From the human T2T-CHM13v2.0 reference genome, Homo sapiens, in assembly GCF_009914755.1 (NCBI RefSeq), contig NC_060926.1: DNA of 64,000 bases; one strand, written 5' to 3'. Under the pieces are notes generated by a model. The model had not been told where the DNA came from. It did no database searches and worked only from the letters and a program-made list of their open reading frames with translations. How positions within the stretch are numbered: position 1 is the stretch's first letter; each line of letters opens with the position of its first letter. Of the stretch, positions 29,671-42,309 are shown piece by piece. The position numbers were made by a program, and so were the translations under genes.

Positions 29671-30876
29671 AAAACAATATTGTCAGGTTTAAAGAAAAAG
29701 GATAAAATTTTTATATTATGCAACCATTAACCAATAGAAAACAAGTCTACATTGATATCTATTAAGTCTATAAAGTAGACTTTAGAGCAAAGAAAATTAC
29801 CAGAGGGTCTTTGAAAAAAAATCTATAAAATTGGCAAACCTATAGCAAGACTGACCAAAAAAGAAAGAAGTTACAAATTACCAATATCAGAAACAAAACA
29901 GTAGATATCACTAACAGACCCTGCAGATGACAAAAAATAGTAAGGAAATACTAGGAACAACTCCTACACACATAAGTTTGACAATTCAGACAAAATGAAC
30001 CAGTTCCTTGAAAAACACAAAGTACCACAACTCATCCAATATGACAGAGATAATTTGAATAGCCCTATAGCTATTAAAGAATTGAATTCGTAATTTTAAC
30101 CCCCCCGCTCCAAAAAAAAACAACTTCAGGCCTAGATGGTTTCACTAGAAAATTCTATCAAATGTTTAAAGAAGAATTAGCACCACTTCTACACCATCTC
30201 TTCCAGAAAATCAGAGAAGAGGGGATACTTCCCAATTCATTTCATGAAGCTAGCATTACACGGATACCAACCCCAGACAAAGATAGTGCAAAAAAAGAAA
30301 ACTCAAAGCCATCAGGAACATAGATAAAATAAAAACAATCCTTAGCACAATATTAGCAAGTAGAATTCAGGAACGTATAAAAAGGATTTTTTTTCGTAAT
30401 GACTTTTTATGACATGACTACATGGGGCTTATTTCAAGAATGCAAGGCTTATTCAAAAATCAATTGATATAAACTGCCATTAGTAATAGGCTAAAGAAAA
30501 AAAGTCATGTTAATTGAGCAGAAAAATTTTTTCAAAAATTCAACACCCATTCATGATTTTTAAAAATTCTCAGAAAAATATGAATAGAGGGGAATTGCCT
30601 CAACTTGATAAAGAGCGTCTGCAAAAGACCTATAGCTAACATTATACTTCATCATGAAATACTCAATGTTTACTCTTTAAGATCAGAAACTAGGTAAAGA
30701 TGCCCACCCTCCCCACTCTTAAATCAACACAACACTGTAAGTTCTAACCATTACCTTGAGGCAAGAAAAGGTACTAAAAGACACACAGATGAGAAAGGAA
30801 GAAATAAAACTGTCCCTATTTGCAGGTGATATGGCTGTCAATAGAGATCCCAAGGAATTTACCCAAAAAACCTCCA

Positions 30877-31273
30877 GGTATGCCATGGACATTGTCCTTC
30901 CAAATCTCATGTTAAAATGTGTTCTCCAATGTTGCAGGTGGGACCTGGTGGGAGGTGTTTGGGTCATGGAGATGGATCCCTCATGAATGGCTTGGTGTTG
31001 CCCTTGTGGTAATGAGTGGGTTCTCATTCTATTACTTTATGCGAGAGCTGACTGTTTAAAAGAGCCTAGCATCTCTCTTGCTCCTTCTTACCATATAACA
31101 TGCCTGCTGTCCCTTAGTCTTCCGCTATGAGTAAAAGCTTCCTGAGGCCTCACCAGAAGCCAAGCAGATGCTGATGCTATGCTTGTACAGTCTGCAGAAT
31201 GATGAGCCAAATAAACATCTTTTCTTTATATTACCCAGCCTCAGATGTTCCTTCTGCAAACCAGACTAATACA
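30877..31273 (+). mobile_element. MST (MSTB-like) MaLR solo LTR
   Basis: ccaaatctcatgttaaaatg...gggtcatggagatggatccctcatgaatggcttgg...gagccaaataaac...agactaataca. Confidence 0.85.
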
Positions 31274-31294
31274 CCTCTTAAAACTAGTGAGTTT

Positions 31295-31605
31295 AGCCAG
31301 GTGTGGTGGCTCACACCTGTAATCCCAGCACTTCGGGAGACTGAGGCAGGTGGATCACCTAAGGTCAGGAGTTCAAGACCAGCCTGACCAATATGGTGAA
31401 ACCCTGTCTCTACTAAAAATATGAAAGTTAGCTGGGCATGGTGGCATGTGCCTGTAGTCCCAGTTTCTCGGGAGGCTGAGACAGGAGAATTGCTTGAATC
31501 CGGGAGGTGGAGGTTGCACCACTGGGAGCTGAGATTGCACCACTGCACTCCAGCCTGGGTGACAGAGCGAGACTCCATTCCCACCAACAAAAAATAAAAT
31601 AAAAT
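31295..31605 (+). mobile_element. AluS-type
   Basis: Alu dimer; TSD aaaactagtgagtt at ~31280-31293 and 31606-31619. Confidence 0.92.
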
Positions 31606-34600
31606 AAAACTAGTGAGTTCAGCACGGTTGCAGGCAACATAAACTTACAAAAATCAACTGTATTTCCATATACTAAGAGTGAACACTAAAGTTAAAAAAT
31701 ACAACACCATTTACTGCTGCCTAAAGAATGAAATACAGTCCTGCACCACATTAATGAAGTTTTGGTCAATGACAGCATGTTGTATAAATGAGAGCACAAT
31801 ATGCAACTTTTTGGGACTGGGTACATGAATATTTATAGCAGCTGTATTTGCAATAGCCCAAAACTGGAAATAATTCATACATCCTTCGAAGAGTAAATGT
31901 TTAAACCAACTGTAGTACATCTATACCATGTAATACTACTCAGCAACAAAAAAAGAACAAACTGTTGATACACAAGGCAACCTGGATGAATTCCAGAGGA
32001 TTATTCTGAATTTAAAAACGCAATCCCAAAAGGCTGCATATTGTATGATTTCATTTATACAACATTCTTGAAATGACAAAATTATAGAAATAGGGAATAA
32101 ATTAGTAGTTTTCAGAGGTTAAGGAAGGATTGGGGTGAGAAAGAAAGTTATTGTAGCTAAAAAACGGCAACATGAGAAATCCTTGTGATGATGCAAATGT
32201 TCTGTATCTTGACTGTATCAATGTCAACATCCCGGTTGTGATATTGTAGCACAGTTTTGCACGATGTCATCACTGGGGAAACTAGCTAAATGGAATATGG
32301 GAGCTCTGCATTATTTCTTGCAACTGCATATACATTTAAAATTATCTCCAAAAAAAGTCTAATTAAAAATACATTTTAATGCATAATCTTTAGAGTCTTC
32401 CTGAACCATAATCTGCACATTAAATCTTGAGAAATATTGATCTAAAAGTTCAACCAGGATATTAGGGGAAATATCCTCTTTCTCATGAGGAACAGCTGAA
32501 GGGATAGAAAATGTTTTATCTTGGGAAATCCTGAAGAAAACTATGAGAGTTTTCTTTTTCCAGAATATGAAGTGATTATACACAAGAAATTAAACTTGGT
32601 ATGATGCCAGTAAACAGAACATGGGCTGATATACAAGAAAGTGCACAAGCTTCAGGATTAACCAAGCATAGGTTTAAACCCAAGCTCCACCATGCCCTAT
32701 CTTTAAGACTAGACAAGTTAGTTAACCTCCCTGACTTCCCATTTCCTCATCTTTAAAACGAGGCTAATGATTCCCACCTCAATCCATCAATCAGCATCTA
32801 AGTAAAGAAATAGACACTGCTTCAGTATTTGCAGCAGAAGGAATTTAACGCAGGGAATTGGTGGCAGTGGTGAAGATAGAAATATAGGTTACAGCTGATA
32901 GAAAAGCTGAGATTTGAAGATTATTGCAATAGATAATGAAGTCAAGAGTACAAAGATCTTCTTAAGTTCATATAACCTTGCATACTTACTAAGGATCAGG
33001 CAAAATGGGAAAACTAAAAAATTAAAAAATTTTTAAAAATGAAAAATAAAAAAATTAAGTTTGTATGACTTTAAAAAGATAAAATTAGTTGGAGTAAGGT
33101 CTTGGGATGGGGTCATGAAGTAATCAGATATTAGCAATAGTAGGCAGTGGGTAATTGAAGGCATAAAGGTAGGAGGCAATGTTGCCAAAGCCCAGGAGCC
33201 AGAGTCACCAGGAAGAACCAGGAACCATGGAGGACACAAATAGTGGGAGCTGGAGCCATGGAGGAGATGCAGACATTGCTGGCAGGGATGATTTAAGAAG
33301 GGAGAGAGGGAAGAAATACTCTGGTTTCCTCTTTTCACTACCTTGCAACCTTCCACAGGTGCAGCAACCTTCCTCTAGAAGGAAACCATAGGTATGGAGC
33401 CTGGGGAAGGCAGCCTTCCAGGTCAGCCCCTGCTATCAAGGGCAAAGCAGGAATCAGAAGATAGACACACCTAGGTGTGGCACACTCACAGGGTGTTTGT
33501 GAGGATGCAGGGCTTGTAAGATACCTGGCACAGAGTAATAGGTGCTCAAGAAATGGCAATTATTATTTTTCAGTGCCAATGTTGCATGATGACATTTAGA
33601 GCCACATTTTCTCATCATTTCCTATCTGAATAGACGGAAGCACAAGCTGGGGCTCATTCCATGTAGACTTTGCCAAGAGTACTTATTTTTTCCAAATGAG
33701 AAGCACATCTGAGAAATGTGAAAAGCAGCCCTGTCCTAAAGTTTCATTGTATAAAGCAAATGTTGAGTTTCCACAGCTGCTGGCTTCAGCCTACCCAGAG
33801 GAATAGTTTTCCTGAAATATTAATCTCGGAAAAAGCCACACTGGGGTAAGCTTGCACAGTAATTCAAGCGGCATGTGCAAAATTTATTTTGCGTTTGGCT
33901 GGGCATGGTTTTAATTATGTGAAGTCTTCAGAATGAGAAGAAAGTGATTGAAGATGTTTAACTAAGTCAGTCATGGAGGCTGTAGATGCTCCAAGACTCT
34001 CTCCAACTTTGGTTTATTTCTGCAGTCCCCAAACTACAAACACAAAGGAAGCTCCCATGGAATCGGATGATGGCACTGTACGAATCAAGATGCAGCTAGC
34101 AATAAAAACAGAAGACACCAACACCAGCAGTCCAGAGACCTCCAGTATAACATAAAGGCAGGTGTCTATTCATGGTTCCCTACAACCAAGGTAGGGACAG
34201 AAGGGTGAGAATCCACAGGATTGTCAAAAACCTGGGACGCAGCATGCAAGATGCTTTCATCAAAGGTCCCGAGTGAGTACAAGATGCAGAGTGTGTTGTA
34301 TACCTGCTGGACATCTCATACTTCCTGGGAGTCACTCGCATGGTGTGATATTGAATGTGAAGTAGGATCTGGAAGTGCAGAGAGGGCCAGGGCCCCTCCC
34401 TGAGGACAACACAGGCATGGGGATGGACTGGGCCTTGCATACAATAGAGCTGAGCCAACCTGCAGAGCTTTAAAACTGTCAACAATCGGCAACCACAAGA
34501 TGTCCCCTTGGCTGATGCAACAGATAGAAAACTCAGAAGTTATCTTTAAAAACCAGTTTTCAGACTCTAGATTCTGTCCATAAGTATTAGGGCCCTAGCA

Positions 34601-35212
34601 CCAGCCTGGAGGCAGAGGTTTCTGTCCCAAGAGGGACTATACGAGTCGGAACCTCAGAAAGGGACCACTAATTTTCAGAGACAATCAAAAGCTAGTCCTG
34701 TGAGGTAAGACACAGGAGATGGACATAGGCAGGAAGGTTCTCAAGATCAGTCCATCAGAATTGATGCCCTAATCTCTATGCCCTCATGGGGTCAGGGAGA
34801 CCTGCTGAGTTATTTACTGCCTCAAGTCAGATAAGTCTGGGCATCAAGGTGGGCTGGTCCTAACTAGGAGGAGTGGAGGAGGAAGCTAGACTGTGCTGAC
34901 CTGGAGTCCAGAACACTGAGGTTATTGGGGGAGGAGTCTCCACTTGCACTTCCCAGAGATCCCTCCAGCTCAACATGTTCTAAGTTCATTCCCCCAGCTT
35001 ACCTGCCTCCTCTTTTCTCTACAGTGTTCATAGTATCCTGAGGATTCCAGTCACACAGGCTCAAACCTGAGGATCACCCCGGATCCTTCCTCTCCGTTGT
35101 CCGGAAAAATCCTACCTCCTATCCTTTCTAACCCTCCATCCCACTGTCACTCCTCTAATTCAGAAATTTCTCTCCTTTCTTCCCCCATGCACCCCAATCT
35201 CATATAGTGGTG

Positions 35213-35578
35213 TGATATGATTTGGCTCTGTGTCCCCAACCAAAGCTCATCTTGTAGTTCCCATAATCCCCATGTGTTATGGGAGGGACCTGGTGGGAGA
35301 TGATTGAATCATGAGGGTGGGTCTTTCCCATGCTGTTCTCGTGATAGTGAATGGGTCTCACGAGATCTGATGGTTTTAAAAATGGGAGTTTCTCTGCACA
35401 AGCCCTCTCTTTGCCTGCTGCCATCCACGTAAGATGTGACTTGCTCCTCCTTGCCTTCTGCCATGATTGTGAGGCCTCCCCAGCCACGTGGAACTGTAAG
35501 TCCAATGAAACTCTTTCTTTCGTAAATTGCCCAGTCTCTAGTATGTCTTTATCAACAGTGTGAAAACGGACTAATACA
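35213..35578 (+). mobile_element. THE1A/B MaLR solo LTR
   Basis: TGATATGATTTGG...GGACTAATACA with 5-bp TSD TGGTG (35208-35212, 35579-35583). Confidence 0.93.
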
Positions 35579-38500
35579 TGGTGCCAGGCTGAGCATTTGG
35601 AAACAGTGTTCTAACAATGCCACTCATCTGTTCCAAAATTGCCAAAGGATCCACACTGCCTAGAGTGAAATTCAAATGTGAGCCTGTAAATCAAAGCGCT
35701 TCATGAGTTCTTCCCAACCTACCTTTCCATCACAGCCCAACATCAGGCAAACAGAACCACTGTCTTCTCCGTTCATTTCCCACTTGGTTCTACTTCTGGG
35801 TTTTGCTCTGTTTGGCATGTGTTTTCCTGCATCACTGCATTTCCGAGTCTTACCCATCCTTCAAAGTTCATGTCACATCACCTCCTGCAAGAACATTCTC
35901 TGATCCTCTCCTGCGTGCATAATCACTCCCTCTTTTGGACTCCTGCAACCCTGTGTGCCACTCTTTCGCACTGAGTAAAAGTATGTGCATTTCATATGTT
36001 TCCATTGGGTGATAAGGTCTTTGAAAATAAGGCCCTTACAGATTCACCCTTCATGGAGAAGATGTAGGGAGACCCAAGAACTTGGAGTTTGGCTGGTTTG
36101 TAGGAAATGTAACAAAGTTTGGGGGAATAATTTTGGAAAGGTAGGTTGGAATCATATTGTGACTCCAGGGTAATAGTTAAAAGTGCTTGGGAGTCATCTG
36201 CAGACGTATGAAGCTAGATGAGGCAATCCTGAGAAAAAATATCAAATGTGAAGGGAAAGTGCCCATCCCTGGAACCACAGGGAACATTAGCCTGCAAGTA
36301 TCCACTGGAAAATAAAAAATCATGGAGACTGGCAGGAAATGGCTGTATAGAATGGAAGTCAGTCACAACATCCATACCACACTGGGCATAAAAAGAATTT
36401 CAGCCCTGTTGGTCAGCCACGATACATGCGCTTGAATAATTCTGACCGAATCCTGTATGGCTTTTTTTTTCTCTAGAATTGCAAATAGGGAAGACCATGC
36501 TGACAGACTTGTGGATCCTTAATTCAGGACATTTTAAAAAGGCAATCACTTGCCCACATTCTATTCCTAATCAGTGGGGCTTCCCAAACCCAGTACACCG
36601 GAGACATCTACAAATATGTAGAACTCGCAGAAGTAACGCCTGACCAAGGAACACACGAATGGGAACAAGGAGTATTCCTGGTCATCTGATTTGTTTCTGT
36701 GTTGGCTTCCCAGTCCCAAAAGTGACTCCTAAGGTCATTACAATTATTAAAACCAGAGAACAAGCACAGGGACCCAGAGGAAGTCAGCAGGAGGTGAGTG
36801 GGTGAAAAAAAAACAAAAAAAACCTTGACCTGGAAGTCTAGAAGCCCAGAGCAGCACCCCCACCCCACCCCGCAAGGAGCTGGGGGGAGAGAAGTTCTGG
36901 GTGGGGATTGTGCCAGCCTCCCTGGGTGGGACCTGTGTGGCTTCTTGGGGAGGTGGGCGGCTTCTACCTGAGACCTTCCTAATCATTCCTCACCAGGGGG
37001 AACTAGTCCTACAACCACATAGGACCTGCCCCGTGTCAATTCAATTGAATTCAGCACAGACAAACTGCTGAGCTCCCCGGAGGTGAAAGCCCTGACCTGG
37101 GCAGATGTTTACCTGATCAAAACAGGGAGGTCCTCCCAAGCCAGCCCTGCTAAAGATCCCACCTGAGACCACAATTTTCTTACACCTTATTCTAACACAA
37201 TGGAGGTCAACTTATTCATTTCAAGGGTTCTAGAAATGTTTGATTCAAATTACATTTAAAAATATTTTTAAAATGGTAAACACAGACAAGTGTGTGATAC
37301 CAAATGTGAACAATCATAGACCCCAGTGGTTTACATGAGCCACAGGTTATAATATACTCATGCCCGCTTCAGAATAAAGGTTCTCCTGCCAAAACCATGA
37401 ATATGTTTGAACACATGTAGATGTGTCATTAATTGGGAAAGCTGTAGTTCCAAAAAGATCTTTCAACTGTTCGGATCCATGCAAGTATTCTTATGCTGTA
37501 AAACTGTATGAGCAAGTACACTACCATCACCCTGGCCCCCTAGCGCCATGCTCAATTAAAGGCCAGGAAGGGCTCAGGGACTTCCCTGGAATGTATGCTC
37601 TTATAAAGACGTAATACTAAACTATACGGTAATATGTGACCACATAACATGCTGTACCATGGTAAGTATTACCAGTAGCATTATTATTAGTATTATTAGC
37701 ATTACTAGTAGCATGCTTATTTTGATGTTAGACTGATCAAGACCAACAGTAATGCAGGGCCATTCTATTACTGCTTCTCTTGTGGCCGATAGCGTCCATG
37801 ATGAAACTGACAACTGAAGTTTGAGCTCAAAATGCCAGATTAAACATGTTTTGCTGTGTTAAAGGCTTTAAGTGATTACTACAGAGAAACAAACACTGGA
37901 GTTTCTGAAAAAAAAATTAACAACATAATTAACCTCTCATGATGATACAACATAATTTTGGGAAGAATTTTCTGCCAAAGATATAAATTGGTGAATCTAA
38001 GTGAAAGAATCTGTTCCTTTCCATTAGACCTCTTATAATTAAACAATTGTTACATAGTGTTAGTGAGTCAACATTAAAACCAATTCTTCCTATATTTATC
38101 TTTCATGTTTCTAGATCATTGAAATCAGAATAGCCTGAATCTGTAAGGTATCTTGTTTAAAAGTGCTATAATTTCCAATATCTAGCTGTTGCATGTTGTA
38201 CAGTCAATATAAAATACAGGGGTACACTTGATAGTGAGAATGTCATGAGGCTACAGTGTTCATCCCAAACCCTCAATTTCAAATTTTCATAACATTCTCA
38301 TTGTTTTCATTAACTGTATGTTAAAAACTAAATTTATCAAGCTAATATATATAACAAAATGTTGGTTTGCTCTGTTATAGTCATTAATATTCCACATAAG
38401 ATTTCATTGAAGAGTTTTAATGCTGAAAAGTTTCCAAAAATCACTGTAACATTTAATATATAGGAAAAACCCAAAATATGAAGCAGGAAAAGATGTAAGA

Positions 38501-39953
38501 AACAGATCTTTTTGGTTAGAAAGGCAGAAGTAGAAAAGGGTGAGAGTAATTCAACCACAACTCCAGATACAAGCTTGAGAATAAAAAAAATGCTTTTTGA
38601 ATTAATCAATGAAGCAGAAATAGTGTGTCCCTTGCTCCTGGAATTGGGAGAGGGGAAACTTTGGGACTGGAGAAACAGAGAAGGCCATAGAGGAAGTTTT
38701 GCTTTCCCGATGAGAACCATCTTCCCATAGGCAAATAAGAAGGCTTCTCTGTGGGAAGCAGGGCAGACCAAAGAGATGATGGTCTTTGGGTAGCCAAGTG
38801 TAGCCACTGATCATTAGGGCCAGCGTAACTGAGGTGTCAGCACAACAGAAAGGAGGCCTTAAGCAGTGAGATTTCTGGACTTGTGGTAGAGAAAAAGTGG
38901 TGACCAGACATGTGATTCCGGGGAAGGAGGCTAAAGGGAAAGTGCAGCCTGGAGGGCAGAAGCAAAGCACAGGACACAGAAATCATTCATTCACTCATTA
39001 ATTAATGAAGCTCCTATTAATACAGGCATTTGATTGGGCACTGCAGTTACAAAGATAAATAAGCCTCAGTCAGTGTCTCCTAGGGGGAGGAGAGGTTGTT
39101 ACCAAGGGGAAGCCCAAGGAGCTATAAGGATGGCAGAGGAAGGGGTCATAGCTTCCTGGAAGAGGTACCCCCAGAGGTCAGTCTCAAAGAAGTAGGAGTT
39201 AATCAAGCAGATAATAGCTGAGAATGGGGGAGGATGAGCACCTCTCAACTCAAAGAGCATTCCTGGAGAAAGACACGATTTGAGAGAGAGAATTGTATAG
39301 CTGGGGAAGAGCAAGTGGATGAAAATGAGTGAGGCACAAAGTGAAAGGAAGGGAAAGTGAGAGAGGAAACTGTTGAGGGGGCTGGGGCCAGGTCATGGGA
39401 GGCCTGGTGTGTTCTGCAAGGGAGCTCAGACTCTCTCCTAGCAACAGTAGGGAGCCACTGAGGATGCTAAGCTGGGAAGCTGCACTCACACTTCCCTATT
39501 CAATTTCTCCACTCTATTTGCTTGTGTGGCCTCCCATAAACATCGCCAAGAGCAGGAACTATTTTTTTCATCTTTTCACCTTTATATCCTTGGAGCTTAG
39601 CATAGTCCCCAGAATGCAACAGGAACTTAGCACTTATTGTTATATGAACTAATGAATGAATGAGCAAAGTGCCAAGTAGGGAAAGAAGAGGCTGGGGGGA
39701 AAATGCAGTGAATGAAGATGAGAGAACACTGTCAAATGCAAAGGCTAAGGAGTTTGAACAGAAATCCATCTGAACTGTAGTAATAAAAGCATATGTAAAT
39801 ATAGACAAAATCTTCATGTCCCAAGCAGTGTATATACGACGTGGATGGAAAAACTGACCACAGATGAAGACACCTTGGAGAAGGAACTGAATTGAGATCC
39901 ACTCAGGGATCTTGGTCAGAGGAAGCTCCTGAATTCTTCTTGGGAAAGGGTCA

Positions 39954-40407
39954 TGTTAGGGGTTGAATTGTGTCTTTTCCCCTAAAAATATGGGGAACTC
40001 CTAACTTCCAACACCTCAAAATATGTCCTTATTTGGAAATAGGGTCTTTACAGATTTAATCAAATTAAGACAAAGGCATTAGGGCGGGCCTCAACCCAAT
40101 ATAACTGGTGTTCTTATAAAAAGGAAATTTGGACACAGACACACACACAGCGAAGATGATGTGAAAAGACACAGAAGACAGCCATCAATAGGCCAAAAAA
40201 AAAAAAAAAAAAAACACCTAAGGCTACCAGAAGCCATTGGAGAACCCTGGGACAGATCTTTCCCTAGAGCCTTCAGAGAGGGCATGGCCCTGCTGACATC
40301 CTGATTTTGGCCTTCTGGCCTCCAGAACCATGAGCCGATACTTTTCTATTATTCTAAGCCACCCAATTTGTGATATTTTATTATAGGAACCCTAGGAAAT
40401 GCACACA
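39954..40407 (+). mobile_element. MLT1 (MLT1B/C-like) LTR
   Basis: tgttaggggttgaattgtgtc...ccttatttggaaatagggtctttacagat...ggccttctggcctccagaaccatgag...ccctaggaaa. Confidence 0.85.
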
Positions 40408-41104
40408 GGCTGGCAGTTAAAACAGATTAACACTTGCAGCCGACTTTGGTATTTGTCCTCCCTACGTGCATTCCCTTGTCCTCCTTGCTGGATGGGTCTT
40501 AGAAGGAACAGAGGGGAAAGAATGGAGCTGCACAGGTTCATGGATGGAGCTTCATGCCACCCACCGGGTGAGGAGAAAAGATTCTGCATCTCAGGAATGG
40601 TACAGGCTTTGACACCAGACCTGGGTTAAATCTTAGCTCCATTTACCAGCGATACAGCTTTAGGCAAATGACTTGCAATTTTCAAACTTCAGTTTGAAAT
40701 AGGAAATACAACTTAACATTCTAAAGAATTCTTAAGAATTATGCTTAACAAGGAGATAATCTATGTAATGCACCAAGCACGATGTCTAGTGACCAGCAGG
40801 TGACCTCCCAGATGTGCGCATGATTCTGAGTCACACACCCAGAATACCCAAGACTTTTTTTTCCTTCTCTGGAAGAATCAGTCCACTGAGCATTAAAGAA
40901 ACAACTAGACATGTTCTCATCAAATTGGTCTGCAGTCCTGTCATTTTCACTTTGGAGCACACCACAAACCATTTCTCCCCATCGTCCCTTCCTTAAGTTC
41001 CCTGAATTAAAGCAATAGCTCCTAACTGGCTCCCTACCTCCATTCTCTCCCCATCCTCCAATTCAGCATTCACAGAGTCACCCACCAGCATTATCACTCT
41101 AGAG

Positions 41105-41328
41105 CAGGGGCTGGTAAACTACTGCTCATGGGTAAATCCAGCCCACTGCCTGTTTTTGTTTATAAAGTTTTACTATCACATAGCCACACTCACTCACTCA
41201 TTTGCATATTGTCTGTGGCTCCTTTTGCACCATAGTGGCAGAGCTGAATAGCTATGACAGACTGTAGGTCCACAAAGCTTAGAATACTTACTATCTGATC
41301 CTTTACAGAAAAAGTCTGCCAGGCCCTG
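41105..41328 (+). mobile_element. MER58A DNA transposon
   Basis: CAGGGGCTGGTAAACTA...TTTACAGAAAAAGTCTGCCAGGCCCTG terminal inverted repeats. Confidence 0.85.
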
Positions 41329-41419
41329 GGTAAGTTGCCATTCCCTTCAGTGACTTGCCTCTCATAAAAAACCTACATTGAGTAGTTGGCCCTTGCCTGT
41401 CTTTCCTAGCTCATTTCTC

Positions 41420-41721
41420 TTTTATTTATTTATTTTTGAGACAGGGTCTCATTCTGTCACTCAGGCTATAATGCAGAAGCGTGATCTTGGCTCACTGCCA
41501 GCTCCACTTCCTGTGCTCAAGGGATTCTCCCACTTCAGCCTCCCAAACAGCTAGAATTACAGGCTCACATCACCATGCCTGGCTAATATTTTTGTATTTT
41601 TGGTAGAGATGAGGTTTTGCCATGTTGGCCTGGCTGGTGCTGAACTCCTGGGCTCAAGCAATCTGCCTGCCTTGACCTCCCACAGTGCTGAGATTATAGG
41701 TGTGAGCCACCCTGCCTGGCC
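41420..41721 (-). mobile_element. AluJ-type
   Basis: Antisense Alu dimer; TSD tcct(a/t)gctcatttct at 41404-41418 and 41722-41736. Confidence 0.9.
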
Positions 41722-42269
41722 TCCTTGCTCATTTCTTGCCACTCCCCTATGTCCCACTCTTGCTGATTAAGAGTCCCCCCAAACACCACGTGTTGCCTCC
41801 ACCTGTAACATCTCTACTCCCTTTCCACATGAAAAAATTTCACATATTCTTTAAGATTATGTTTAAATGTCCCTTCCCTCCGAAGCTTTTCAGCCCTATT
41901 CAAGGGTCAGGCACTCCTTCCTTAGAGTTCCCTTAGCACCCTGTGACATCCCTTCAATAGACAGCATGTTGTAAAGAATGAATATGCGCCTACAGATCTT
42001 TCTCCTTTACTGGACACCCCCAACCTAAACCTCTCTCATTCCCTCCTAGAGCACCCTGTTCTTGTCCAGGATAGCAGTTACCAGTTTATAATCATCATGT
42101 ATTTTATCTGTGTATTTACTTCTTGAATGCCCATCCCGTAATAACTGTGAGCCCCCAGAAGGCAGGAACTAAGACTGTCAGAATCACCATCACTTTACCA
42201 TCATCTAGCCTTGAGCCAGCCACATAGTTGTTCAAATTATTAAATGAACTGATGACTGGCTAAATGAAA

Positions 42270-42273
42270 AATA

Positions 42274-42304
<31 letters not shown>

Positions 42305-42309
42305 TTTTT
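42270..42309. repeat. (AT)n followed by poly-T microsatellite
   Basis: Directly visible. Confidence 0.9.

Noticed and set aside
37660-37720. Quasi-periodic AGTATTA/AGCATTA motif run
   Set aside because: Short degenerate low-complexity tandem repeat with no further structure.
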